This document shows, in pieces, positions 1 to 15,236 of a stretch of DNA of 64,000 nucleotides. Numbering within the stretch: position 1 is the first letter of the stretch; every line of letters starts with the position of its first letter. Where the stretch lies: contig OX597816.1 in the NCBI GenBank assembly GCA_951406725.2, forward strand, positions 43,462,001 to 43,526,000. The letters are read 5' to 3'. The DNA is from Octopus vulgaris. Its lineage: Eukaryota. Both the position numbers and the translations under genes were made by a program. The notes beneath the pieces were generated by a model, which was not told where the DNA came from, made no database searches, and saw only the letters and a program-made list of their open reading frames with translations.

Positions 1-540
1 AAGATATAAGACTTCGAAGCAGAAAAAAAAAAAAGCGAGATAGAGGAGACGGAGGCTGGAAGAATGAAAGAGCCAGCGATGGAGAGAGAATAGGGATAGA
101 AAAATCTGATAATGTTTCTTAAATTGGGCACGAGGCCAGAAATTCTGGGAGAGATCACAGTCAGTTATATCGACTCGGCGGTACTCGGCTAGCACTTACT
201 TAGTTTATCAATATCGAATGCTGGAAACTCTACGCGGTCGCTCGACGTGCAAGAAATAGCAGTCCAATCTCCGTCACATTCTGCCTCTAGCTTCTTAGAT
301 GTAGTAGATAACGTGGACCTATATATACACTGTCCCCAAAGAAAAATCTGCCAATCCTTCTTTTAAATTTGGTTTTCTCTCTTTCACATTATACACGCGC
401 GTACACAAATTCACCCACCCCTACACACACACACATACACACACTGCCTTTGTTTTTTTCACTAGACAATATTTATACACATACGTGTATATGTATACAA
501 ACTCAGTAAATACGGAACATTAATGAGTACATATACACAC

Positions 541-592
<52 letters not shown>

Positions 593-1561
593 CTGTGTAT
601 GTGTGTGTGTGATCATACAAAATTTTCGGTGATGGTCAGTGATGCTTTTGTTTATAGCAATCGCATAAGGTTCTCGACTCCCAGGGGCAAAAAAATAGCT
701 TTGGTAACCTACCCCCAACTTTAATTAGCATGTGTGACAATTAAGAAACCAAGAGGAAATTTGGAACTCCTTTAGACCTATGGCCGAAGTGGGGTGGGGA
801 GAATTACCCACTCCCTTCATCCGTCCCCTTAGCTCCATTGCTACATTTCTGGATCAAGAGTTGAAATGGGATTAAATAGTTCTGATTCAAGACAAAGTAA
901 ATCTCGTTGGGATTTGAACACCGGGAAAAAGTTGCGTAATGAATTCTGTAAGCTACTAGATTAAAGTGCTCGACATTTAAACCTTATAATATGGCAGTCA
1001 TCCACCAATGTTATGGGATAACAATATAAATGAGAGTTGAAAGGAAAAAAATGAGTGAAAGAGTGAATGACCGAGTAAATGTATTAGAAAAAAAAAAAAC
1101 GAAGATATGAAGAGGGGAAAACAGATTTAAAATGTTGTGCAGATAACTATGCAGGATAGGGAAACAGTAACGCTGTGAGAGAGGATGGAATGAAGGAAGA
1201 AGGAAAACTGAAAGAAAGTAAGAAAGAGTTGGAACAAAGAAAATAAGTAAAGAGAAAGAGACTACGAAGATTAGAGGACCTGCGGGTGACATGAAAGTGA
1301 GACAAAGCGGGAAGAGAGCCTAACAATATATGAGAAAGATGCACAAATAGAAAACGAAGGAGTGAATAGATAAGTAAATGAATGAATGAGTGAGAGAAGG
1401 AATGATAATTGAGTGAAACACAAGATTAAGAGGTATAGGATATAAAACGGATGAAGAACGGGAGTGAAAATGCTAGAGGGAGGAAGACTGAGTTGAGAGT
1501 GGTTGAGTGTTAGACAGAGAGGGAGAGAGAAGAAGAGAGAGGATTGGTGTTCAACAAGAGG

Positions 1562-1604
<43 letters not shown>

Positions 1605-1738
1605 GAGAGAAAGTGGGAGACAGGGGACGGAAAAGAGCAAGAGAGAGATGAGTGTTAGCGAGAGTGTTTGTGGATAAATATGAGAGAGAGAGGAGAGAGA
1701 GGAGAGAGAGGTTAAAATAGTTTGACAGAATCGTGAGT

Positions 1739-1773
<35 letters not shown>

Positions 1774-1853
1774 GTGTGTATGTATGTATGTGTATATGTA
1801 TAAAGAGACTATAAAGATATAAAGTCAAAAATATATAACAGACATAAACGCAA

Positions 1854-1887
<34 letters not shown>

Positions 1888-2739
1888 GTGTGTTGCATGT
1901 GTGTGTATTATATATATATGTATGTATGAGAGAGGAAGAAAGAGCAGACGAGACAATGCTGGAGGGGGTGACACTAGACGGGAGGAGTGAGTGACGTGAG
2001 GAGAAAGGCGGGGAGTAGCAGACGATACATGAATGAAGTGAATTGGATAAAGCAGACGACAGGTAGACATGGAGGGAAGATGCAACAGTGAAAAAAAATA
2101 TTGTCGGCGTACATATCGTATCCTCATGGAAATAATGGACATAATTCACTGAATCCGATTGAAATGGGACGAGTGCAAATAGTGATGAACAACAAGAAAG
2201 AAGGAGCTAAAAGGTTAGTTAGTTTTATTACAAAGACATATGGAGGTTACTGAGGGAATGAGAGAGAAGAAGAGAATGCGCGCTGGAAGGAAGGAAAAAT
2301 TGAGTGAATGTGAGAAGAAATGGGAGGCAAAGCAGGGCAGGGCTAGAGTAGATTAGGTATGTATTGATGAAGCTGGCAGTGGTAGACAATGTTGATGAGG
2401 AAGACAGGTAGACAGAGATTGGCAAGGCAGATACAAGGCAGACACGAGTACAAAAAAAAAAAAAAGGAAAAAGTTGGCAGACAGTTCTGTATTGCGGAAA
2501 CAAACACACAGACATACACGTACACACATATACACAGATCCAAATATAAACACAACACACGCATGTATTTATAATACATACATATCCATACATACATACA
2601 TACATGTACATACATAAATACATACATACATACATACATATATGCATATACATACATACATACATACATACATACACACATGTACATACATAAACGCGCA
2701 CTCATGAACTACGTACATCATACACGCACATTTGTGTAA

Positions 2740-2790
<51 letters not shown>

Positions 2791-2816
2791 TATGTGTATG
2801 CGCGTATGCATATTAA

Positions 2817-2850
<34 letters not shown>

Positions 2851-2921
2851 ATACGTATTATTATTTGTATATATATATATATATTTATATGTATATATAC
2901 ATACACGTACTTGCGTGTATA

Positions 2922-2954
<33 letters not shown>

Positions 2955-3301
2955 TTGCGTGTGTATATATATACATATACACACTCACACAGACGTATAT
3001 TTGCGTGTATATATATATATATATATACTTAGAGAAGAACGTATGAAAGTATGTTGGGTATACACAGGTATGCATTCATATATTCACACTTGTTTGTGAC
3101 CGTTATTTATTCGTACACACACACACACATGCATATAGATTTGAGTAATATTTATGCCTGTATGTGTATGAATTTATACAGGTATGTATGTATACTTGTT
3201 TATATATGTATACACATAGACGTATGCGTATTTATATATATATACTGTTTGTTGTCTACACCACCTGTCTTTGTCTTTTGGGGGTTTTTTTTGTGAATTC
3301 T

Positions 3302-3338
<37 letters not shown>

Positions 3339-3559
3339 CATACATACATACATACATACATACATACACGTGCGCACATTTGTGTAGGAAAATATTTTAT
3401 ATATACATGTATATAGACTATATATATCTGTATATAGTTTTAAATATAGATACCAAATTTTCCGTGTAATTATATACGTGTGTGTATGTTTATGTGTGTG
3501 TGTATATATATATAAGCACACATACGTACATACTATTTTCGCACATACATACATACATA

Positions 3560-3601
<42 letters not shown>

Positions 3602-3860
3602 GTGTGTGGCTAATTACAACAGATATACATATACAAACATGCGTGTATAAAAGCATACAGATTTCTGCGCGTGCGCTTGTGTGTGTGTGTTCTTCTGCAT
3701 GTTTGTTTTTGAGTATACACATTTATAAATCATCTAAATATACATTTGTTTCTGTTTATATACATTTATGTATGCACTCGCGTGTGTGATTGGAGAGAGA
3801 GAGAGAGAGAGAGAGAGAACACTAAATGGAAGAGAAATAGAGGGAGACAGAAAAATATAT

Positions 3861-3929
<69 letters not shown>

Positions 3930-4829
3930 AGAGAGAGAGAAGAAGAAGGAAGAAGGAACTAAAGGGTTGGAGAGACAGACGTGCGTGTATAGAACGACGT
4001 TTACTGAAAACGAGCGATCCCCTGAGATTAGTAGCCAAATACCTCTCAAATTATAATCTTGAATCGTAAGAAAAAAGTGGTAGACCCCATCGGATAGTGT
4101 AACGTTGTCCTGTGTACGTTGTTGCTAGTAAACAGAAGTGACGGCCACTGTTGGATTGCGTTTCATCTGTCTAATCATCGCCGAAGTAAACAAAAACAAC
4201 GAAGGCGATGATACGATAGAGCTTCTACGTAGTCGCTGGAGCTTCTAGAAATAGCAGCCAAATGTCGCTCATGTCTTAGCCTAACGTCTTAAATATAGAA
4301 AGTGTACTTAGTTCCACTTATTCCTACTCTGTTTGATAAATAACGGCCGGGATGGTCTTGACTGGATACTTTCTGATCGTACGAATGCTCGGTTCTGGAT
4401 TGACTCGAGGCTAAACAAACCACAAATACCAACGTTGATCCGAATGGACGGAAACGACGCTTGTTAATTCGAAAGACAGGTAAACAAACGTATAAAGATT
4501 TGGCACAAACTAAATGGATCCGCAAGCAGAGAAGATAGAAAACAATTTTGGACATGTATAAGGTTCTTCAGGTATATATCATTAACTGTGTCTGTGTATT
4601 GATTCCACTGACAGACAACAAGAAATGACATAAGAGATAGATAAGCAGGTAGGTTTGGAGTAAGTACGTAGATAGATTGATAAACAGGCAGAGGTAGATT
4701 GATGGATTGATAGATAGATAGATAGACAGGTAGACAGATTGACCCTGACAGATACAGATAAACATATAGAGGATAGATTGAGAGACACACAGCCAAAGAG
4801 AGAGACAGACAGGTAGATAGACGGATAGA

Positions 4830-5430
4830 TAGATGGATACATACATACATACATACATACAAACATACAAACAAACATACAGACATACATACATACAAAC
4901 ATACATACATACATACACACACATACAAACATACATACATACAAACATACAAACATACATACGCACACCCATACAAACATACATACATACATACAGACAT
5001 ACAAACATACATACATACATACATACATACATACATACATACATACATACATACAAACATACAGACATATACAAACATACATACATACAAACATACAGAT
5101 ATACATACAGACATACATACATACATACATACACACACATACAAACATACATACAGACAGACATACAAACAGACAGACATACATACATACAGACATATAT
5201 ACATACATACATACATACAAACATACATGCACATACAAACAAACATACAAACATACAGACATACATACAGACATACATACACACACACATACATACAGAC
5301 ATACATACATGCAAACATATATACAAACATACAGACATACAAACATGCATACAAACATACATACATACACACATACATACAAACATACATACAAACATAC
5401 ACACATACAAACATACAGACAGACAGACAG
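4830..5430. repeat. Compound tetranucleotide microsatellite (ACAT/ACAA/ACAG)n
   Basis: About 600 bp of ACAT with AAAC and AGAC variants; it is the source of the long spurious MYVC/TYIH ORFs. Confidence 0.95.
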
Positions 5431-6138
5431 AGGCCAAGTAGATTGATAGATGGTCAACAAAAACAGAGTGGAATAAGGTGATGAAAGACAGATTAATTGA
5501 TAAATTACAGAAAATTGATAGACAGAAAGTTATACAGATACACAAAATAATTCTGTTGTTAGGTCGGTAAATAATAGATCGATAGACAGACAGACAGACG
5601 GCAGAAAAGAAAAAAAAAGGAGGGAGAGAGAGAGAGACAGACAGACAGACAGAATGATAGACATTCATAAGAAGACAGAGAAGAAGAGAGAAAAAAGTGG
5701 ATGAATAGATAGATAAGGAAGGAAAGTAGACAAATAGAATAAGAGACAGGCGAAAATGTATATCATAGCTTCATTGATAGATGTCTGGATGAACTTAAAT
5801 GGATATATTATTTCTAATGTGTAGAAAAAAGGAAACCTGTAAACAGACGTACAGGTGTACAAATTTCGTGTTTATATATTGAATCTTTGCGACAAAAATA
5901 ATCTATATAGGAATCGATTGGCGTAGCCTCACACACACACACACACACACACATGCACACACACGCGCGCGCGCGCACGCACACACACACACACGCAGAC
6001 ACAAACATGATGGACTCGCATATGCATGCACTTCATTATATGTTTGTATGTCAGATGTGTGTGCGTGTTCATTTACGTTATATATCAGATATATGTATCA
6101 GATATATGTATGCACGTATATTTATGTATGCATGTACG

Positions 6139-6190
<52 letters not shown>

Positions 6191-6200
6191 CTACATATAA

Positions 6201-6237
<37 letters not shown>

Positions 6238-6551
6238 CATATGTGTGTGTATAAGTATATTATATATATAGAGAGAGAGATTGCCGAAACTATGCATAGT
6301 CCAGAAAAGAGAGGGTAAACGTTTTTATTTCTCTTTCCATTTCATAATTACAACTATTAGTGGTTTGGAGTTTAACTGCTCTTTCTAGTGAGTCGAATGT
6401 CCTATTATGGCCATTCCTTATATATTTGCTTACCAACTATATGGTTCTGGGTTGAATACCACTGCATGGCACCTTTGGAAAGTGTCTTCTACTTCTCGGG
6501 CCGATCAAATCCTTGTGAGACGATTTGGTTGGCGGAAACTGAAAGAAGCCC

Positions 6552-6604
<53 letters not shown>

Positions 6605-6619
<15 letters not shown>

Positions 6620-6850
6620 ATGTATATACGTATGTATGATTATATTATTATGTATGTATATATATGTGTGTGTGTATGTATATACGTATGTATGATTATA
6701 TTATTATGTATGTATATATATGTGTGTGTGTGTGTGTATGTATATACGTATGTATGATTATATTATTATGTATGTATATATATGTGTGTGTGTGTGTGTG
6801 TATGTATATACGTATGTATGATTATATTATTATGTATGTATATATATGTA
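6605..6850. repeat. Minisatellite, about 4 copies of a ~56-62 bp unit built from microsatellite motifs
   Basis: Unit TATATG(TG)nTATGTATATACGTATGTATGATTATATTATTATGTATGTATA; copies differ mainly in (TG)n length. Confidence 0.9.
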
Positions 6851-7295
6851 TATGTATGTATATGTATATATGTTAGTGTATAAATGTATGTGTAAATGTA
6901 TATATGTGTGTGTATATGTGTATATATCTATATGTATATATGTGCATATCTGTGTATTTGTGTATATATGTGTCTGCCTGCATGTATATATATATAACCA
7001 CTCTCACAAGGCCTTGCTCGGCCCAAGACTATAGTAGAAGACACCTGCCGCGCAGTGGGACTGAACCCGGAACCATGTGGTTGAGAAGATGGCTTCTTAC
7101 CACACAGTCACTGCTGCACATTTGTGTTTGCATGTATATATAGATGTGTATGTATATATATACACATATATATATATATATATATATGTTTGCGTGTATG
7201 CGCCTGTATGTGTAAGCTTGATTATCTTTGTGTGTGTGTGTGTGTGTGCATGAAAGACGGATTGAGCGAAACAAGTAGTCTAACTCGCACGGCAC

Positions 7296-7359
<64 letters not shown>

Positions 7360-7855
7360 CAGTACGTGTATGTCAGTCTGTGTGTGTGTGAGCACGTCTG
7401 TACTTATTTACGAGTGATGCGGGTTAAATGAGACGAAGCGGCAGTCAGAAATATTAGACAGACAACTGTCCCACAAACATAAACGTTGTGGTGACAGGCA
7501 AGCAATTTGGAAGTTGAAGGAACGGAATGAAATATTGACAGTTTTTTTTGGTAGACAACAAAATATTCCAGTAAAAACAGTAGTCACAGAAACAGCGAAA
7601 CTAAGCGAACAACTTGAATGCGGTAAAAATATGTAACAATTTGGCAGAGAGACAAAAGTTTAACAGGGTGTTTGAAAGGTTTAAACAGATTTATAGAAAC
7701 AACAGGAAAAAAATCCTTAATGGGTTGTCTGTTATTTATCTTATTTATTATCTTATCTTTTAGGTATCTGTTACATGCTTCGGTCATTTGATAGCGGTCA
7801 TACTGGAGCAGTGCCTTGAACTGTTTAGTCGTACGATTCAACTTCGATATTTGAA

Positions 7856-8926
7856 GGCGGCGAGCTTGGCAGAATCGTTAAGCGCGCCGGGCGAAATGCT
7901 TCGCGGCATTTCGTCTGCCGTTACGTTCTGGGTTCAAATTCCGCCGAGGTCGATTTTTGCCTTTCATCCTTTCGGGGTCGATTAAATAAGTACCAGTTAC
8001 GCACTGAGGTCGATGTGTGTCTGTCCTTGTTTGTCTCCTCTGTGTTTAGCCCATTGTGGATAGTAAAGAAATAAGTATTTCGTCTGCCGTTACGTTCTGT
8101 GTTCAAATTCCGCCGAGGTCAACTTTGCCTTTCATCCTTTCGGGGTCGATTAAATAAAGTACCAGTTTCGCACTGGGGGGTCGATGTAATCGATTTAATC
8201 CCTTTGTCTGTCCATGCTTGTCCCCTCTATCTTTAGCCCCTTGTGGGTAGTAAAGAAATAGATATTTGTTGTTGTTATTATTATTATTGAGGGCGGCGAG
8301 CTGGCAGAATCATTAGCATGCCGGACTAGATAGATGCTTAGCGTTATTTCGCTCGTCGCAACGTTATGAGTTCAATTTCTGTCAAGGTCGACTTTGTCTT
8401 TCATCCTTTCGGGGTCGATTAAATAAATACCAGTTACGCACTGGGGTCGATGTAATTGACTTAATTTCTTTGTCTGTCCTTGTTTGTCCCCTCTATGTTT
8501 ATCTCCTGTGGACAATAAAGAAATAAGAATCATTAGCGCGCTGGACAAGATGCTTGACGGTATTTCGCTCGTCGATACGTTCTGAGTTCAATTTCCGCCG
8601 AGGTCGTCTTTGCCTTTCATCCTTTCGAGGTCGATTAAATAAATACCAGTTACACACTGGGTCGATGTAATATACTTAATCCCTTTGTCTGTCCTTGCTT
8701 ATCCCCTCTATGGCAATAAAAAAATAAGAATCATTAGCACACCAGACTAGATGCTTGGCGGTATTTCGCTCGTCGCTACGTTCTGAGTTCAAATTCTGCT
8801 GAGGTCGACTTCGCCTTTCGAGGTCGATGAAATGAAGAACCAATTACGCACTGGGGTCGATGTAATCGATTATACCTCACCCCTAAATTTCAAGACTTGT
8901 GGCTGTAGTAGAAGGGATTATTATTA

Positions 8927-8963
<37 letters not shown>

Positions 8964-9615
8964 CATTATTATTATTATTATTATCATTATTGAGGCGGTG
9001 AGCTGGAAGAATCGTTAGCACGCCCGGCGAAATGCTTAGCGGTATCTCGCCTGCCGCTACATTCTGAGTTCAAATTCCGCCGAGGTCGACTTTGCCTTTC
9101 ATCCTTTCGGGGTCGATTAAATAAGTACCAGTTACGCACTGGGGTCGATATAATCAACTTAATCCGTTTATCTGTCCCTGTTTGTCCTCTCTGTGTTTAG
9201 CCCCTTGTGGGTAGTAAAGAAATAGGTATCTCTCTCTGAGTTCAAATTCCGCCGAGGTCGACTTTGTCCTTCATCCTTTCGGGGTCGTTGAATTAAGTAC
9301 CAGTGAAAGACTGAGGTTGATGTAATCAACTAGTCCGCACACCAAAATTTCATTACAAAGGATTATTATTATTGTTGTAATTATTATTATTATTATTATT
9401 ATTATTGAGCATGCAGAATCGTTTACATGCCGGACTAGATGCTTACGGCATTTCGTCTGTTATTACGTTTTGAGTTCAAATTCCGCCGAGATCCACTTTA
9501 CCTTTCAGCCCTTCGGGTTCGATAAAATAGTTACCAGTTAAGCACTGGGGTCGATGTAACCGACTTTACCCTGCTCTCTCGAAATTGTTGGCCTTTTGCC
9601 AAAATTTGAAGCCAT
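7856..9615 (+). mobile_element. Cluster of tandem tRNA-derived SINE family A copies separated by (ATT)n
   Basis: Repeated head GGCGGCGAGCTGGCAGAA..GTTAGC (A-box-like), GAGTTCAAATTCC (B-box-like) and body GCCTTTCATCCTTTCGGGGTCGAT..AAGTACCAG; about 8 full or partial units. Confidence 0.9.
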
Positions 9616-9877
9616 TATTATTTTTTTGTTTTTGTTTTGAAGTCTGGTAATCATTCGATCGATATCTGTTACATGAGTGTAAACAAACCAACATTGGTAG
9701 TTAAACTATGGTCAGGGACAAGCAAAAAAGCGCATACATGTATTCAGCCTTTACGAAAGGATTCCACACAGGTCTGTCTACCAAATTCAATCGCAAGGGA
9801 TGGCTCAGTCCAGGCCTATAGTAGGAAAATAATTACACAAGGTCTTGCGCAGTGGGGATGAACCCGAAACCGCGCGG

Positions 9878-10526
<649 letters not shown>

Positions 10527-10998
10527 GAATATTTTGTTTTTCTTTTGCTTGACTAGATTTGTTGGTTTCACTCATTTGACTGCAGCCATGCGTGAGTTTT
10601 TGCTCTTTAAGATTGAGTAGGTCATAACGATCTCGAATACTTACATCAACTTCGTGGAGGCTAGGTCAAGAGTCACAAACGGGTTCAAGGTGCATATAGA
10701 TCCACAGACATGCACACACACACACCTGTGCGTGTAACATTTATATGTGTGTGTGTGCGTATTGTGTGTGTGTGCGTATTGTGTGTATGTGTGTGTATGT
10801 GTGTGTGTGTGCGTGCGTATTGTGTGTATATGTGTTTGTGCGTATTGTGAGTATATGTTTGTATTGTGTATATATGTGCGTGTATGTGTGTATAATGTGT
10901 ATATATATGTGTGTGTGTGTATTATGTATGTATGTATATATGTGTGTATTATGTGTATATGTGCGTGTGTGTATATATATGTGTGTGTGTATTATGCG

Positions 10999-11030
<32 letters not shown>

Positions 11031-11774
11031 TGTGTGTGTGTATTATGTGTATATATATGTGTATGTTATGTGTATATACATATGTGTGTGTACATATGTA
11101 TATGAATGTGAGTATCTATATACAGAAAAGCACATGCGCTCGTGAAATCGCGTGGCCTTGTGGTTTAGGGTATTACACACAACGATCGCAAAATCGTGGA
11201 TTTTATTCCCAGATTGGTGGTGTAAAGCAGTGTGCAAACCCAACGACGGACTGGCGTTCTGGTCAGTGGCGATTTTGGCTTGCCCGCCTAGCCAGCAAGG
11301 TAGTACCATTGGCGATTTGAGGTGGAATTAAGAAGTATGAAAATCATTATGATGAGTCAATATAGAAAGTCATACCGGTTTCGTCATCGCTGTTCACTGA
11401 CTTCAGTTTCTGTCTGCCCAATCCACTCACAAGGCTTTGTTCGGTCCGGGACTATGGTAGAGGACTCTTGCCCAAAGTGCCAAGCAGTGGGACTGAACCT
11501 AGAATCATGTGATTGGGAATCAACCATCTACCTGCACAGCCACGCCTGTGTGTGTGTGTGGGGGGATCTTTTGGTTTTTGCTTGTTTAGTCATTAGACTG
11601 CGGTCATACTGGGGCAACAGCTTGAGTAATGTTAGTCAAACGAATCGACACCAGTACTTATTTTCCTTTTTAAAGTCTGAGACTTATTCTATGGTTTATT
11701 TTTGCCAAGCCGGTAAATTACAGGGATGTAAGCAAACTAAACACCGATTGTCAAAGAATAGAGGGAGATAAGCA

Positions 11775-11819
<45 letters not shown>

Positions 11820-11931
11820 AAACACACACCTACATGCCGGTTGATCGGTGGTTCCTCTGTACTCTAAGTTCAGATATTACGAAGGTAAGGTCAGGCTTTT
11901 GGGGGCTAAATAACTATTTGGAAATTAATCC

Positions 11932-11978
<47 letters not shown>

Positions 11979-12518
11979 ACTCACTCTTTCCGCTACACGA
12001 ATCTCAAATAACATAAATTTAGAAACTCCTCTCTATCTAATTTTATATTCTTTGCTATGATAGGGAATAATTATATAGATTTTTGTCCAACTGTATATTA
12101 TAGACAAACGTAAATATCAAGTCTTTATATACACTGTCGACGCATCCCCCCCTCGCACACACATACGCACACGCATGCACGCATTGTGTTCTCTCCGAAA
12201 CCTGCTCTCTTCTGCTAGCTGCACTGTCACCGCCATCGTCTTCAATCGAATACTCCTCTCTTCTATAGGTAAAAAGCAATCCTATGTCTTTACCGATTTG
12301 AGAGAGACCCTGAGTCTGGAGGAAGAAGCAGAGCCTGTGATCCCTTCGCATGCCCTCCAGTAGCGGTGAGCTTGATGTCGTTAATGTTTCGTTTAAACTG
12401 TAATAGATCAACATGTGTAGAAAAGTGAAAATATTTCAAGAGTGTTTATTTCTTAGGAGGGAGAAGACTGATCATAACCGATAGTGCATGACAGAGGGGT
12501 TGGCTGCACTATTATGTA

Positions 12519-12719
12519 GCTGGCAGAAACGTTAGCACGCAGGGCGAAATGCGTAGCTGGAATTCGTCTGCCGTTACGTTCTGAGTTCAAATTCCGCCGA
12601 GGTCTACTTTGCCTTTCATCCTTTCGGGGTCGATAAATTAAGTACCAGTTACGCACTGGGGTCGATATCTGTCCTTGTTTCTCCCCTGTGTTTAGCCCCT
12701 TGTGGGTAGTAAAGAAACA
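12519..12719 (+). mobile_element. SINE family A inserted in the LINE relic, 8-bp target-site duplication (TSD)
   Basis: Flanked by ATTATGTA at 12511-12518 and 12720-12727. Confidence 0.85.
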
Positions 12720-12850
12720 ATTATGTAAGGGCAGGTGGGAAAGACAAGTAAATCGGAGTTGCGTAAGTATTCGGAGTACGAAACTAGCCAACTCCGAGTA
12801 ACCGAGGGTATTATTGTAGCGATAGAAAAGTGTGTGAGTGTGTATGTGTG

Positions 12851-12891
<41 letters not shown>

Positions 12892-13749
12892 GAGAGAGAG
12901 AGAGATGGAGAAGATATGTTTACGGGTCCGAGGCTGGAGTGCGTCCGTATGTGACCAAATGCCAGTTTGTCGAGTGGTACTGATCTAAAGGCGATCAAGG
13001 ATATCCCTCTGCAAACAACCACCACTATCTGAGATGCGTGAGCAGAACTCTATTGTGGACTCCACTCGAACCTTGTTGAATATCAGCTGCTGTTGGGAGT
13101 TGCAATAATTCTTGGTCCTCAAACGAGAGCCCTTTCTTGAGATCGGTCCATATTATGCTAAGGATGTACGTTCTCCAGGACAAATCCTTTGTGGAAGCAA
13201 GGGCTAGCATATGGAGAGACGTTCAGGGTTCTAGCTGTGTATCATTCATGTTTAATGGTCATATGGTATAGAATGGTAGTGTTTTCAATATAGAAGTTGA
13301 GTTTCAGTATGTTCTTTCGCTGCTAAATGGAATAAGTTTGAGATGGTCCACAAAATAATTCCTTCAAAGTCTCTCTTTATGGAATTAGAACAAGTTTTGC
13401 GCTTGGTACCTAGGTTGCGTATGCACGTCACATGTTCGTGTAAAGCTAGAAAAAAAATTGTGGATCGCGTCATCTGCATAAGAGTGGAAGTTTTGGGATG
13501 TGGTTGTAAGAAGGTTCATTGATTTATAGAATGAAGAGAGTGGAAAAGTAAACCGAACTTTGGAGAACACTAAGATTGATTGGAAATGGTTCGAAAAGAA
13601 ATCTGTCAATCTATGCCGTGGTGTCGCCATCGGGTACGAGGAATTTACCTATGAAAGACATGAGACATGCGTAGATTTGTAAGCGAGACGTTTTGACGGC
13701 CAATTTGTATGCTAGATAGTTTCGAAGGTTTTGTAATAAATGTGTATAA

Positions 13750-14078
13750 GGGTAAAGACCCCTTCGTTCCCGAATGTCCATGCGACTGCACCTAGAAAGG
13801 AACTCTGCGAGGCACAAGTCCGGGCAAGATTGTTTGTGGAAGATCAGTAGCCGCCAATGTGTACCAGTCTCCCCTCTCCACGTTACCGATGTTATCAAAA
13901 GGAAAGGCAAAGGCCGATACAGCTTGGCACCAGTGACACCGTACTTATTTCTAGAGCTGAGTGAACTGGAGCAACGTGAAATAAAGTGCCTTGCTCAAGA
14001 GCACAACACACAGCCCGGTCTGGGAATCGAATTCACTACCTCACGATTGTGAGCCTGACTCTCAAACCACTGGGCCGT
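13750..14078 (-). mobile_element. tRNA-derived CORE-like SINE (family D) inserted in the LINE relic
   Basis: GGCCCAGTGG A-box, GAATTCGATTCC B-box and CORE-like TGTGCTCTTGAGCAAGGCACTT; a homologous copy lies at 56110-56437 (+). Confidence 0.8.
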
Positions 14079-14194
14079 AGGGTAACAACATTTCGGCGAA
14101 ATTAAGTGATTTAAAAAAGTGGATCTTGGTCCGCGAAGGCCACATTGGTGGGTGGTTAATGTGTGCGCTCGCGCACACTGATACATACTCATAC

Positions 14195-14274
<80 letters not shown>

Positions 14275-14442
14275 AGCAAAATAATGTTTAACTTATGAGT
14301 ACGCAGAAAAGAGCAAAGTACCCAAACTACCTCCGTTTGGTAGCATTAAAGATTTATAACTATGTTATAACTTAATTCTCTCTCTCCCTCTACACACCCA
14401 CTCATATACACACACACACACGCATGCAAGAGAGAGAGAAAG

Positions 14443-14482
<40 letters not shown>

Positions 14483-14702
14483 CTAAGCTTAATGGCGTAG
14501 AAGCTTCAGGAGGGACACATGTTGACATTAGAATGGCTTTCGTTAGTATCTGGCAGCGATAATACAGAGACACGGATAAAACAAGTGGAAAGTCGAAAAA
14601 AAATTAATAACAAAATAAATTCAACATATTCTAAAGAAGAAATTTGCGATAAATGACACCAAAGATTTTTCGGATCTTCCGTCGGCTGTAGCGATGAATA
14701 AG

Positions 14703-15085
14703 TGCAGACGTGGCTGAGATGGTAAGAAATTTGCTTCCCAACTACATAGCTCCGGGTTCAGTCACTTGGGCAACTGTCTTCTACTATAGTCTCGGGCCGG
14801 CCAGAGCCTTTGTCAGTGGATTTGGTAGACGGAAACTGAAAGAAGCCCGTCGTATATGTATGTGTGTGTGTATGTGTGTTCGTCTCTCACCATCGCTTGA
14901 AAATCTTTGCTGGTGTGTTTACATCCCCGTAACTTAGCGGTTCGGCACAAGATCCGATAGAATAAGTACCTGGCTTTAAAAAATAAGTATTAGGATCGAT
15001 ATATTGGAATAAAAATTCTTCAAGATGGTGCCCCAGCATGGTCGCAGTCTCATGAATGAAAGAAGTAAAAGATAAAAAAATAAAA
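14703..15085 (+). mobile_element. SINE family B copy (diverged)
   Basis: Head, GGATTTGGTAGACGGAAACTGAAAGAAGCCCGTCG module and GGTGCCCCAGCATGG tail. Confidence 0.85.
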
Positions 15086-15236
15086 GATCCTCTCTAAGAA
15101 TATTCGGTGCTATTTATCGTAAATTTCTTTTAATTTGTCTGACAGTTAATGGATCCTCCGTCGGTTTTAACGATGAGTATTGTAATTGTTTCTAGCTTCA
15201 CATAGAAAGATAATATAAGTGATATTAGAGCCTAAG

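Larger units (their letters stand above)
12370..14160 (-). pseudogene. Decayed non-LTR retrotransposon ORF2 (RT and C-terminal region; CR1/Jockey-group-like), interrupted by SINEs and microsatellites
   Basis: Minus-strand translation with frameshifts gives ordered RT-like motifs: HQCGLRGPRST (cf. QYGFR..RST), PINLSVLQSSV..TLFIL*IN (cf. GVPQGSVL.P.LF), FHSYADD, TKDLSWRTYI, IEFCSRI (cf. EYCS.VW), LFYRY, DLLQFKRNI. Confidence 0.8.

Noticed and set aside
655-843. Possible MITE with TAGCAAT..TAAGG termini
   Set aside because: The inverted match is too degenerate and there is no TSD.
4464-5668. Longest ORFs (292-366 aa)
   Set aside because: Translations of an (ACAT)n array that lacks stop codons; no protein-like complexity.
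7856-9615. CRISPR-like regularly recurring repeats
   Set aside because: The units are ~180-230 bp SINE bodies with no unique spacers and no cas genes, in a eukaryotic context.
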